From the sequence record SRR31156797_177: a stretch of DNA of 38,648 nt; one strand, 5' to 3'. Of this stretch, positions 10,759-20,900 are shown in pieces; position 1 is the first letter of the stretch, and every line of letters begins with the position of its first letter. The notes below the pieces were generated by a model. The model saw only the letters and a program-made list of their open reading frames with translations. It was not told the origin of the DNA and did not search any database. A program made the translations under genes and the position numbers.

Positions 10759-13686
10759 TTAAAAACCTACTTTCATTCCAAAAGTGAAGGTTTTGGTTTT
10801 AGGATAAACATCATACATATCCAAACCTAAGTTCTGATACCCACCATAACTTGATTCAGGATCGATACCTGAATAATTGGTAAGTGTGAACAAGTTGTTC
10901 GAACTAACATAGAATCGACAATTACTTAACCAGCTAATTTTATCCACATCTAGATTGTATCCCAATGTGATGTTATCTAAACGAAGGAATGATCCATCTT
11001 CTATATAATAATCAGAGAATTTAGGAGCATCCGAAAGAATCGGAGCCAATTTCATTGCATCTTTCAATGCATTTCTATTTGGCAGCATATTTGGATTACC
11101 TAGAATCATTCGGGTAACGTTAAGTACATCACCACCAACTACTGCTCTTAATGAGAAATTCAAATCCCAGTTTTTATATGTGAACTGGTTGGTCCAGCTC
11201 ATTGTAAAATCAGGTAATGCATGACCAATTACTTGTCGGTCTTCATCTCTTTGTTCCTTGGTAATGTTTCCATCTTTATCATAGAACAACCACTGTCCAT
11301 TCTGATCGATTCCAGCATTTTTCCAGCCATAGAAAGTTCCTAACTCGCGTCCTGGTTCAATTAGCTGAGTCCAAACACCAACCATTCCTCTACCACTAAT
11401 CCATGATGTATGCATGTTATCCAATGAATATTTATTATCCGATAAGGAAACTACTTCCTGCTTATTGGTAGAAAATGAATAGGTTGATTTCCAAGTGAAA
11501 TTATCAGTACGAATAGGGTTTGCAGTTAAATTGATCTCTAAACCTTTATTGCTAATTTCTCCAGCATTTGCATAGATTCTATCGTATCTGTTTGGAGGAA
11601 CAGGAACTGAATATTCCGCTAACAAATCGTCAGTTGTTTTATCGTAATAATCAATCGAACCTGTTAGTTTGTTATTAAACAAAGAGAAATCTAAACCAAA
11701 GTTCCACTCTCTATTCTCTTCCCATTTCAAATCTGGGTTAGCATTACTCGATTGCTGAATTACAAGAGTTTCTTCACCTGTAGTAGGATCTAAAGTTCTT
11801 CCACCGGTTCCAATACGAGCGATATCGTGATAATTACCAATTTCCTGATTACCGGTAACACCATAACCAACTCTCAACTTTAATTGATCAAGCCAGCTAG
11901 CATTATCCATAAAATTCTCACTTGAAATATCCCATGCTGTTGAAAAAGATGGGAACCATCCCCATTCGTTATTTGCTCCAAATCTTGAAGATCCATCGCG
12001 ACGAATTGTAGTTGTAAAATAGTATTTAGAATTGTAGTTGTAAACAGCTCTACCAATAAATGAAATCAAACGACTTCTCTCTTTCCAAGATTCTATATCC
12101 TGCGGTAAAACGTCATTTGCAAACCTAAGATTATCAGCATTAACATCATCCGAAAGTAAATCTCTTCCTTGCGCGGCAAAGCTCGTTCTTTTATCTTCCT
12201 GCCATGAATATCCTCCCAATAAATTCACATTGTGCTTTTCTTTAAACACTCTGTTGTATTTAATGGTAGCTTCCATCATTTTGGTCTCATTGTTATTGTA
12301 ACTTCTTCTTGCATATCCACCATCACTTGATGTGATTTGATAGGAAGGACGGTGAAACCAAGTCTCATCATCATCTTTTCGATAACTCACATTCATTCCA
12401 GCAACCAAACCATCTACAATCTCAAAATCAGCCTTAGCATTTGCTAAATATCTTTTAGCATCGCGCTCATTTTGAATCTGATTGATTAAGGCAAGAGGAT
12501 TGGAGTTTTCAAAGTCATTTACTTCAAAATAAGATCCATCAGCATTGTATACCGGGTAAGTTGGATTTCTGGAGAACGTCTGAAACAAAACGGCTTCTCC
12601 ATTATTTCCACTTGTCTGTACGTAATTGTTATTCTCAAAAGTACCCGATAAATTTAAACTCAATGTCAACTTATCATTTATACCTTTCTGCATAGCATTC
12701 AATCGAACAATTGCTCTTTCTCTATCTGTTCCTTTTACAACACCATCAAAGTTGGTATAGCCAATACTTGCTCGGTAGGTATGATCTTCTCCACCACCAC
12801 TCATTGAAACATTGTGAGATTGAGACATTCCTGTACGGAATACTTCATCCTGCCAATCGGTATCAGCTCCGCCGTCATCAAGTGTTAAGCTATTCTCGCT
12901 TGCATATTGACGAATTTCATTTGCACTCAGCAAATCCAATTCATTGGCAACAATATCAGAAGAAATATACCCCGAATAAGAGATTTTGCCTTTCTGATTG
13001 CGCTTTCCTTGCTTTGTAGTAATAAGGATAACACCCGTAGCACCACGAGATCCATAAATTGCCGCCGAAGAGGCATCTTTCAAAACATTAAAAGACTCAA
13101 TATCTTCCACCGAAATGGTTGTTGGATCAACACCAGGAACTCCGTCAACAACATATAAAGGAGAAGTACCTGAGAAGAATCCAGCGGTACCACGAATCTG
13201 AACATTAAATCCTGCATTTGGATCGCCACCTTTTTTGGTAATGTTTACACCGGCAACTTTACCCATTATTCCCTGAATAGGATCCTGAAGAACTCCTTGT
13301 TGAAGATCATCTGCTCCAATATTCATAACTGCACCAGTTTTATCCTTTTTCTTTTGGATTCCATAACCAACAACAACAACCTGTTCCAGATTCATAACAT
13401 CTGGCTCTAACAGTACTTCAACGTTTTCGGTTGTACCTATTGCAATTTCCTGATTAATGTATCCAACAAAAGAGAAAATAAGAATTTGACCTTTATCGGC
13501 TGAAAGAGAAAAATCTCCATCAAGACTTGTTGCAGTACCTGTAGTTGTACCTTTTACAACAACGGAAACTCCTGGTAAAGGTTCTCCATTGGACGCATCC
13601 AACACCTTTCCATTTATTTCCTGAGTTTGAGCAAAAATCCCTATAGAAAGGAACACAGCCCAAAACAACAATAATAATTTTTTCAT
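10759..13686 (-). CDS. susC: SusC/RagA TonB-dependent transporter
   Basis: N-terminal GEPLPGVSVVVKG domain, plug LKDASSAAIYGSRG, RRDGSSRFG, NPDLKWE, YIEDGSFLRL, and C-terminal Phe. Confidence 0.95.
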   Translation of the reverse strand: MKKLLLLFWAVFLSIGIFAQTQEINGKVLDASNGEPLPGVSVVVKGTTTGTATSLDGDFSLSADKGQILIFSFVGYINQEIAIGTTENVEVLLEPDVMNLEQVVVVGYGIQKKKDKTGAVMNIGADDLQQGVLQDPIQGIMGKVAGVNITKKGGDPNAGFNVQIRGTAGFFSGTSPLYVVDGVPGVDPTTISVEDIESFNVLKDASSAAIYGSRGATGVILITTKQGKRNQKGKISYSGYISSDIVANELDLLSANEIRQYASENSLTLDDGGADTDWQDEVFRTGMSQSHNVSMSGGGEDHTYRASIGYTNFDGVVKGTDRERAIVRLNAMQKGINDKLTLSLNLSGTFENNNYVQTSGNNGEAVLFQTFSRNPTYPVYNADGSYFEVNDFENSNPLALINQIQNERDAKRYLANAKADFEIVDGLVAGMNVSYRKDDDETWFHRPSYQITSSDGGYARRSYNNNETKMMEATIKYNRVFKEKHNVNLLGGYSWQEDKRTSFAAQGRDLLSDDVNADNLRFANDVLPQDIESWKERSRLISFIGRAVYNYNSKYYFTTTIRRDGSSRFGANNEWGWFPSFSTAWDISSENFMDNASWLDQLKLRVGYGVTGNQEIGNYHDIARIGTGGRTLDPTTGEETLVIQQSSNANPDLKWEENREWNFGLDFSLFNNKLTGSIDYYDKTTDDLLAEYSVPVPPNRYDRIYANAGEISNKGLEINLTANPIRTDNFTWKSTYSFSTNKQEVVSLSDNKYSLDNMHTSWISGRGMVGVWTQLIEPGRELGTFYGWKNAGIDQNGQWLFYDKDGNITKEQRDEDRQVIGHALPDFTMSWTNQFTYKNWDLNFSLRAVVGGDVLNVTRMILGNPNMLPNRNALKDAMKLAPILSDAPKFSDYYIEDGSFLRLDNITLGYNLDVDKISWLSNCRFYVSSNNLFTLTNYSGIDPESSYGGYQNLGLDMYDVYPKTKTFTFGMKVGF

Positions 13687-13865
13687 AATTCTTTTTAATA
13701 GAGTTAGTACTTCACGCGTCAGCTTCGTTTAGAAGCATAATTTGATGTATTCAAAACCGATTTCCCATTTCCGGTCGAAACTAAAATCATCCTGCAGGAA
13801 ATGATATTTTAATTTCGAAGGTCAAAGAAACTTACAGACACATTGAATTACTAAATACCTATAAG

Positions 13866-13956
13866 AAATATAGATAATAAAAGAACTATAAAAATGAAAC
13901 AATACTGACTTAATGCACATTACACAAAATGCACAATCAAGAAAATATAGACGATA
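13866..13956 (-). promoter_or_regulatory. Candidate SusR-family operator: 14-bp direct repeat with 77-bp period
   Basis: AAATATAGATAATA (13866-13879) and AAATATAGACGATA (13943-13956), 12/14 identical, between susR and susC. Confidence 0.5.
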
Positions 13957-13974
13957 TATTGATGTAATATTGGC

Positions 13975-15588
13975 TTAAACCGATTTAATTTCCATTATTT
14001 TTGCGTCAAATTCCTCATTTGGAACCAAAGCTCGGTTCTTAATTTTTGTTTTGTAGGTGTAGATAGTATTTACCGAGAAATTGAGAATACTAGCAATTTT
14101 TTCATTGTCGTTTATGCCTAAACGAATGAGAGCAAATATTCGCAAATCAGTATTTAAACTTTGGGAATCTATTAATGATATTTTATTTTCTTCGCTGAAA
14201 AGTTGATTGAATCGGTTTACAAAATCGGGGAATAGTTTCAAGAAAATACGATCGAAATCTTCGAACAAATTCTGACGTTCTTTCTTCGAATTGTAATTCT
14301 TCAATTCCATTTCAATGGCATCGTACTGCTTGGTCATTAACTGTCGAGAAATGGCTTTTTTCATGGTTTCAATTTTCTCAATAAACTGAGAACTAAAATT
14401 GAAATAATATCCTACGTACTCCTCCTTAATTTTACTTACCTCTCGGAGCATATCATTTACTTCCTGAAGATTCTCATTTGCAGTAAGAACTTCCTTTCTG
14501 GCTTTTCGAATCTCTCTTAATTGTTTGTATACAATTACAATAAATGAAACAATTACAATGGATAAAATGAAAATTATAATGGCAACAGAAAACATTAAAT
14601 CCTTCTCTTTTTCCACCTTATTCAACATGGCAGCTTCAATGTCTGGCTTGATATATGAAATCTCTAATCTTCGCGCATGACTTCCGAAAAAACCTGCATC
14701 CTTCTGAGCATGTTCAATAAATTTATAAGCTTCCTCTACTCTTCCATCGTAATGTAAAAGTTCTGCCAATACCTTTGCTGCCACTGTTTCAGTCGTTGCG
14801 GATTTTATATCATCAATTGTTGCTTTCAACAGATAATACATTGCCTTATCATTCTCGAAGAAACGCGAATAAGCAATTCCTAACCCACAATTGCAAATGG
14901 CTGATTGATGCGAAGTTAATTCGTACTCATTGACCAATTTTTCATAGTATGAAATTGCCTCTCTATTACTCCCAATAATCAAACTATTCAAGCCTTTAGC
15001 CAAAAGGTAATCAAACGAATTAGGATCTCCTTCCTCATATATCTTTTCACAATATTTGTGACCTATTTCTCTATATTTGGGCTGATAATATCCCCACCTT
15101 GAATTGGATAAATCGTAATACGATCTGTATGCAACCGAATAGTATTGAATGCGTTTATCTGCATCTAAAACTATGGGGTTTATTGTTTCTAAGGTATCAA
15201 TGGTTTCTTTAAACAATCCCTTCAACAATAAAATTAGTGCGATATTGGTTTTTGCTTCAGCAATTTTTTTAGGCTGCTTTAATTTATAGGCTGTTTTTAT
15301 TGCCTGGGTTCCATAGTGAAAGGCGGAATCGTACACAAAGGATTCATATTCCTTTGTCATTTTAACCTGCAACTTAAATTCTCCTTCTGTATTCTGCGAA
15401 CTTTTATAAAATTGAAGTGAATCAAATAAAATTTCCAATTTATTCTTTTTCGCTTGTATAATACTATCCTTTTTAAGCAAGTATTTATCTGCTAATTTAA
15501 ATTGATAATCAAGAGAATCATTTTGACCATATGAAATGGTACACAACAGAAAAAGTAAGCTGAAAAAAGAAAATAATGTTTTCCACAT
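13975..15588 (-). CDS. SusR-like membrane-spanning transcriptional regulator (DUF6377)
   Basis: Signal peptide, TPR-like periplasmic region, one TM helix, coiled coil, and C-terminal FDRIFLKLFPDFV...LRIFALIRLGINDNEKIASILNFSVNTIYTYKTKIKN. Confidence 0.85.
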   Translation of the reverse strand: MWKTLFSFFSLLFLLCTISYGQNDSLDYQFKLADKYLLKKDSIIQAKKNKLEILFDSLQFYKSSQNTEGEFKLQVKMTKEYESFVYDSAFHYGTQAIKTAYKLKQPKKIAEAKTNIALILLLKGLFKETIDTLETINPIVLDADKRIQYYSVAYRSYYDLSNSRWGYYQPKYREIGHKYCEKIYEEGDPNSFDYLLAKGLNSLIIGSNREAISYYEKLVNEYELTSHQSAICNCGLGIAYSRFFENDKAMYYLLKATIDDIKSATTETVAAKVLAELLHYDGRVEEAYKFIEHAQKDAGFFGSHARRLEISYIKPDIEAAMLNKVEKEKDLMFSVAIIIFILSIVIVSFIVIVYKQLREIRKARKEVLTANENLQEVNDMLREVSKIKEEYVGYYFNFSSQFIEKIETMKKAISRQLMTKQYDAIEMELKNYNSKKERQNLFEDFDRIFLKLFPDFVNRFNQLFSEENKISLIDSQSLNTDLRIFALIRLGINDNEKIASILNFSVNTIYTYKTKIKNRALVPNEEFDAKIMEIKSV

Positions 15589-15665
15589 AACTGAGAGATC
15601 TTAATTGGAATTGAGTGTAAAAGTAAAACAATTCTCACTTTCACAAAATACATTCACTGATGTAA

Positions 15666-15698
15666 CAAAATAAAGCCCCAACTACAGGTTGGGGCTTT
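15666..15698 (-). terminator. Intrinsic terminator after tldD-pmbA
   Basis: Perfect 11-bp inverted repeat AAAGCCCCAAC/GTTGGGGCTTT, 5-nt loop, U-rich tail on the minus strand. Confidence 0.8.
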
Positions 15699-15720
15699 GT
15701 ATCCTAAATAATCGAATTGA

Positions 15721-17037
15721 CTATAAACCACTAAAATCAATTCCTTCGAACATCATACTCGGAGTTTGCCACGAACGATTCGTTAATGGATCATTACCAA
15801 CCGCTATCAATTGATTCCAAATGTCTTTATGATTTCCAGTAATATTCATTCCCGAAACCGGATGAATTATTACTCCTTTCTTAACGTAAAATCCTTCAAC
15901 ACCAACTGAGAAATCTCCTGTTGCCGGATTGGAATTACCTCCATTAAAACCAGTAACCAAAATTCCCTCATTCATATCTTTGGTTAATCCTTCCAGATTT
16001 TTTGTCCCAGATTTGAAAATCAGATTCGAAGATGAACCTGTGGTAGGTTCCATTTCTAATTTCTTTCCATAATAATCTCCAATGTAATAAGTTTGAAGTA
16101 TACCATTTTCAATAACAGCCATTTTTCTAGCTGCCAAACCATCTCTATCATAAAGGCGGGAGTTACGTCCAGACTCTATAAATGGATTATCGGTAATAGT
16201 CAATAAATCTGAAGCGATTTTATGTCCAATTTTACCTTCTAAAAATGATCTTTTTTGTTGAATATTATAGCCATACAAAGGTTGAAGAAGAGAACTAAAT
16301 ACACGACCTACGGATCTGTTTTCAATCAACATTTCCATTTTCCCTGATTTAATCTTCTTTGCTCCAATTTTCCTTAATGCGCGTTCAACCGCATATTTCC
16401 CCACACCTTCACCTGATAATTGATTCCAAAATCTGGCTGCATTGTAATGATAATCACTCGGACGGCTATCTCCTCCATTTATAGATGCACTTGCACTTAC
16501 CGAGTAAGATGTTGATTCTTTGAAACCCTCAACACCATTGCTCAATACCATATAACTACGATACGATCCATCACCATAAGATCCAGAAACCGTAATAATT
16601 CTATCATCCATTCCTGTTGTTTCCGCCTCAACCTGCATCGCCAAATCAATCTTCTGACGAGGATCAATGGTGTCATAGCTTGAATCGAATAACTTCAGAT
16701 CCTTCTCTTCTCCATCATAGCATAAATGGCGATCTGGCAGGGAGCGATATTTATCTTCAGCTAAATAATTGGTTCCTAATATAGCTTCTTTGATAAATCT
16801 CTCCAATTCATTCTTCTTTAATCGATTGGTAGAATGTGTAGAATATTTTCCATTCACATAGAGTTTAATACTTAATCCACTTTCGATGGATTCCTGTATT
16901 TTTTCTATTTTTTGTTTTCTTACTTCAACTTCGGATTCTTTAGAATCGTAAACCGAAACTGAAACTTCCTTGGCACCATTTTCAGTGGCATATTTGGATG
17001 CCCACTGGGCTAATTCCATTTTTTTATTGTCTTTCAT
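15721..17037 (-). CDS. pmbA: PmbA/TldE family protein
   Basis: SFLEGKIG, ITDNP, YDRDG, NPATGDFSVGVEG and PVSGMNITGN motifs; no HExxxH; directly downstream of tldD. Confidence 0.88.
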   Translation of the reverse strand: MKDNKKMELAQWASKYATENGAKEVSVSVYDSKESEVEVRKQKIEKIQESIESGLSIKLYVNGKYSTHSTNRLKKNELERFIKEAILGTNYLAEDKYRSLPDRHLCYDGEEKDLKLFDSSYDTIDPRQKIDLAMQVEAETTGMDDRIITVSGSYGDGSYRSYMVLSNGVEGFKESTSYSVSASASINGGDSRPSDYHYNAARFWNQLSGEGVGKYAVERALRKIGAKKIKSGKMEMLIENRSVGRVFSSLLQPLYGYNIQQKRSFLEGKIGHKIASDLLTITDNPFIESGRNSRLYDRDGLAARKMAVIENGILQTYYIGDYYGKKLEMEPTTGSSSNLIFKSGTKNLEGLTKDMNEGILVTGFNGGNSNPATGDFSVGVEGFYVKKGVIIHPVSGMNITGNHKDIWNQLIAVGNDPLTNRSWQTPSMMFEGIDFSGL

Positions 17038-17081
17038 CGAAACTTCTTTTTAATTGATAAAATGTTAACTCTAATGCTTTA

Positions 17082-18617
17082 TTAAGCATTAACACCACCA
17101 ACGGTTAACTTTGCAACCTTAATAGTTGGCAATCCCAACGAAACAGGTACACCTTGTCCACCTTTTCCACAGGTCCAAGTACCGCAATCCATTTTAAAGT
17201 CGTTACCAACCATTTCAATGTGTCCTAATGCTTCAGGACCATTACCAATCAAGTTGATATCCTTAATAGGTTGTGTTATTTTACCATCTTCAATTAAATA
17301 TCCAGCCTTCACATAGAATGTGAAATCACCAGCTCCAATTTGAACTTCTCCATTCGTAAATGAATCAACAAAAATACCTTCCTTCACACTTGAAATGATA
17401 TCCTCTTTTGAGTGAGGACCATTTTCCATATAAGTATTTCTCATTCGTGGAAGCGGTGCATAACGGAAAGATTCTCTACGACCGTTACCTGTTGGATTTA
17501 CACCATAATGCTTAGCACTAATTCTATCGTGAATGTAACTTGTTAATACACCATTTTCAACCAATTTGGTCTTTTGTGTATCAATTCCTTCATCATCAAT
17601 ATTAACAGATCCTCTAATATTAGGATTTGTTCCATCATCAACAATTGTAACAAAGTCTTCACCGATTTTCTTGCCCATTTTATCAGCAAAAATTGACGTT
17701 TCCTTGCGATTAAAATCAGCCTCAAAAGCATGACCAATTGCCTCATGTAATAAAATACCAGAACTACCAGCTGCTAAAACCACCGGCATTTCTCCTGCCT
17801 TTGGCTTACCTGCTAAAAACTGTCGTTTTGCACCAGTAACAATTTCATTAGCCATTTCATCCAACAATTCTTCCTTCAAATATTCAAAACCAACTCTCAT
17901 CGAACGTGAAGCACCAAAATCTTCTTTCTTATCTCCATCGATCATTACTGCACTTGCATACAAGCTGAACATTGGTCTGTAATCAAAGCTTAAAACTCCT
18001 TCAGAGTTCGCAAATAGCATGTAACTAGAATCATCATTTAAATAAACCTGAACCTTATCCACCTTATCATCTAGTGCAAAGATCTTGTCATTCAGTTTCT
18101 GTAAATAAGGAATTTTTTGCTTGATGGAAACATCTTCCCACGAAGTTTTAAAATTGTAATACTCAGGATGTACCTTCTCCGATAAATCCACAGCAGGGAA
18201 ATTTTTGCTTTCATTGGCAATACTTGCAGCAGTTTTTGCCACCTTCAACATTGCTTCTAAACTAACCTCTTCGGAAAATGCATAGCCGGTTTGATCACCC
18301 TTCAAAACCCTAACACCAACACCGTAATCAATATTTGAACCCGCGCGATTCACTTCATTATCCTGAAGACCAACATAGTTTGAAAGAGAGTGTTCGAAAT
18401 ACAAATCGCAATAATCTCCACCTCTTGACAAGGCTTCTGAAATCACCTTTTGTAGCATTTCTCTATCAACATTGAAATGAGCTAAGTACTCTTCCAATCC
18501 TGATTGTTCAGTAAGTCGATTACATCCCATACTTAAAAATGAGGGCAAAATCGCCATTCCTGCAAGAGAGACAGATCCTGTTCGGATAAACTCTCTTCTT
18601 GAAAATTCATTCTTCAT
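17082..18617 (-). CDS. tldD: TldD metalloprotease with twin-arginine signal peptide
   Basis: LLHEAIGH zinc motif, PTGNGRRES, PRMRNT and C-terminal CGK. ATG at 18617 gives MKNEFSRREFIRTG...LSMGC; the track start is 18689. Confidence 0.9.
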   Translation of the reverse strand: MKNEFSRREFIRTGSVSLAGMAILPSFLSMGCNRLTEQSGLEEYLAHFNVDREMLQKVISEALSRGGDYCDLYFEHSLSNYVGLQDNEVNRAGSNIDYGVGVRVLKGDQTGYAFSEEVSLEAMLKVAKTAASIANESKNFPAVDLSEKVHPEYYNFKTSWEDVSIKQKIPYLQKLNDKIFALDDKVDKVQVYLNDDSSYMLFANSEGVLSFDYRPMFSLYASAVMIDGDKKEDFGASRSMRVGFEYLKEELLDEMANEIVTGAKRQFLAGKPKAGEMPVVLAAGSSGILLHEAIGHAFEADFNRKETSIFADKMGKKIGEDFVTIVDDGTNPNIRGSVNIDDEGIDTQKTKLVENGVLTSYIHDRISAKHYGVNPTGNGRRESFRYAPLPRMRNTYMENGPHSKEDIISSVKEGIFVDSFTNGEVQIGAGDFTFYVKAGYLIEDGKITQPIKDINLIGNGPEALGHIEMVGNDFKMDCGTWTCGKGGQGVPVSLGLPTIKVAKLTVGGVNA

Positions 18618-18795
18618 AAAACTGTTTTTTAGGGTTTGGGTTTTCTTTGATTTCTTTGGCAGCAAAAAGTTACCACTTTTTATTGTCATAATAAAATATT
18701 AATTCCGAATAATTAAAATCAGTTTTAACTACCATTAGTTATCAATAGTTTTTATTATTTTTGATATTTAAATTAAAAACCATATTCCCAATCTA

Positions 18796-20871
18796 ATGAA
18801 ATACTTTATCAATTTTATAATCTTATTATTAATAGTTCACACTGGTAATAGCCAAAATATAGAATATCCTACATGTAAAAAACATACAGTTATCGATACT
18901 TTTTTCAATGATTATCTTGTCCGTGATAATTACCGTTGGTTAGAAAATATAAGAACAGATAGTGTAATATCCTGGATCGAGGCGGAAAAAAAAATATCCA
19001 AAAAATTCCTTCAAAAAGCTTCTTCAAAATACAATTCGAAGGCAGCAATAAAGAAATATTCATATATAGATGGTTTTTATGCCTCTAAAATAGGACAATA
19101 CTACTTTTGCTATGGTCGCAGAAATAAACTAGCATCTTCAGGATTATATATGGGTGACAGCTTTGATGATATTAATCAACTAATAGTAGATCCCAACTTC
19201 AAAAATAATGGGGATAAAGTTGATATTACCGGCTTTGATGTTTCGCTCGATTCTAAGAATTTGGCTTATATGATTAATCGAAATGGAACTGACTGGAGAG
19301 AGATTAAAGTTGTAGGTTTACCCTCTGGCACCGAGAAGAAAGATCACTTAAAAGGGATTAAATACTCCTCGGTTGCATGGAAAGATAATGGATTTTACTA
19401 TTCAAAATATCCAAATCTAGGAGAATTCTATGCTGCTGTTGGAGAAGAAGTTTACTATCATACTTTAGGTGATGATCAGAAAGATGACAAATTGATTTTC
19501 AAGAGAAAAAATCCTTCAAACAAATTTTCATATCAAACCACCTCGGATGAGCGTTATTTTATTTTAGAAGAAGAAACTGCCAATTATTTCAATTACTTTT
19601 TTATTGATTTTCATTCAGAAAAACCATTTCTACGACCATTGTTAATGAAACAAAGGTCAAACATCTCAATACTAGATAGTCAAGATAATGAATTGATAGC
19701 CATTACTGGTAAAAAATCAAATGGAGGTTCTGTTGTGGCTATTGATCCCTATAATCCATATAAATGGAGACAAATAATTCCACAAATTGAAAACGGTGTA
19801 ATGCTAAATTGCATTCCAAAAATCGATCGTATTCTGGTAACTTACCAAAGTAATCAACATCCTATATTGAAAGTATTCGATTACTCTGGCAAGCAGCTTT
19901 TTAATATGAATTTCCCAAATGGCAGTTCGATTAGTGGTTTTGACGGGGAAAAAGAAGATGAAAATGTTATTTTCTACAGACAGCAATACACCATGCCATC
20001 CATTTCTTATCATTTCAATATCAAAACCTTTAATATTGAATATGGTGAAGCAGTTAACATTACATTTAACTTTAAAAACTACATCACAAAATCCATTCAA
20101 TATCCAGTTAATGACAGCATTAATATTCCAATGAATTTAGTGTATAAAAAAGATTTAAAACTAGATGGTAATAATCCCTGTTTATTAAAAGCCTATGGAG
20201 GTTTTGGATCGATTTCAATGCCACACTTTGATCCAGGTATTGTTCACTTTATCGAAAAGGGAGGAGTTTATGCTTATGCCAATATTCGAGGAGGTGGTGA
20301 TTTAGGTATTTCATGGTCTCGAGCAGGTAAGCGCCTAAACAAACAAAATACCATTGATGATTTTAATGCTGCTGCTGAATACTTAATAACAGAGGGATAT
20401 TCTAAGCCTGAAAAAATGGCTTGTTCAGGAGGTTCACACGGAGGTTTGGTAGTAGCGGCTGCAGCCATTCAACGTCCGGATTTATATGCAGCTGTAATCC
20501 CGGTGGTGGGAGTTACTGATATGATTCGATTTGAAAAATTTACAGTGGGTGCTCTACATATAGATGAGTTTGGAACAGTAAAAGACTCTTTGGATTTTAG
20601 AAACCTTCTTAGTTACTCACCTCTTCATAACATTAAGGAGGATGTAAACTATCCGGCCATGTTGGTTATGACATCTGAAAATGATGATAGAGTTCCTCCA
20701 TTGCATTCCTATAAATTTGTGGCTGAACTTCAAAACAGAAAAGCACAAACAAATCCTATTCTTTTAAGAGTAGAAAAAAATGCTGGTCATTATGGTGGTA
20801 TAAACACCTATTCTCGTGTTAATTTCACTGCTAATTTTTACGATTTCTTAATGAAAATATTAATGAAATAA
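18796..20871 (+). CDS. S9A prolyl oligopeptidase family serine peptidase, exported (paralog 1)
   Basis: Signal peptide, DNYRWLE, YGGF, NIRGGG; catalytic triad in GGSHGG / DDRV / AGH. Confidence 0.9.
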   Translation: MKYFINFIILLLIVHTGNSQNIEYPTCKKHTVIDTFFNDYLVRDNYRWLENIRTDSVISWIEAEKKISKKFLQKASSKYNSKAAIKKYSYIDGFYASKIGQYYFCYGRRNKLASSGLYMGDSFDDINQLIVDPNFKNNGDKVDITGFDVSLDSKNLAYMINRNGTDWREIKVVGLPSGTEKKDHLKGIKYSSVAWKDNGFYYSKYPNLGEFYAAVGEEVYYHTLGDDQKDDKLIFKRKNPSNKFSYQTTSDERYFILEEETANYFNYFFIDFHSEKPFLRPLLMKQRSNISILDSQDNELIAITGKKSNGGSVVAIDPYNPYKWRQIIPQIENGVMLNCIPKIDRILVTYQSNQHPILKVFDYSGKQLFNMNFPNGSSISGFDGEKEDENVIFYRQQYTMPSISYHFNIKTFNIEYGEAVNITFNFKNYITKSIQYPVNDSINIPMNLVYKKDLKLDGNNPCLLKAYGGFGSISMPHFDPGIVHFIEKGGVYAYANIRGGGDLGISWSRAGKRLNKQNTIDDFNAAAEYLITEGYSKPEKMACSGGSHGGLVVAAAAIQRPDLYAAVIPVVGVTDMIRFEKFTVGALHIDEFGTVKDSLDFRNLLSYSPLHNIKEDVNYPAMLVMTSENDDRVPPLHSYKFVAELQNRKAQTNPILLRVEKNAGHYGGINTYSRVNFTANFYDFLMKILMK

Positions 20872-20900
20872 ATCTTTGTGATAACCTAAAATAAAAAACA

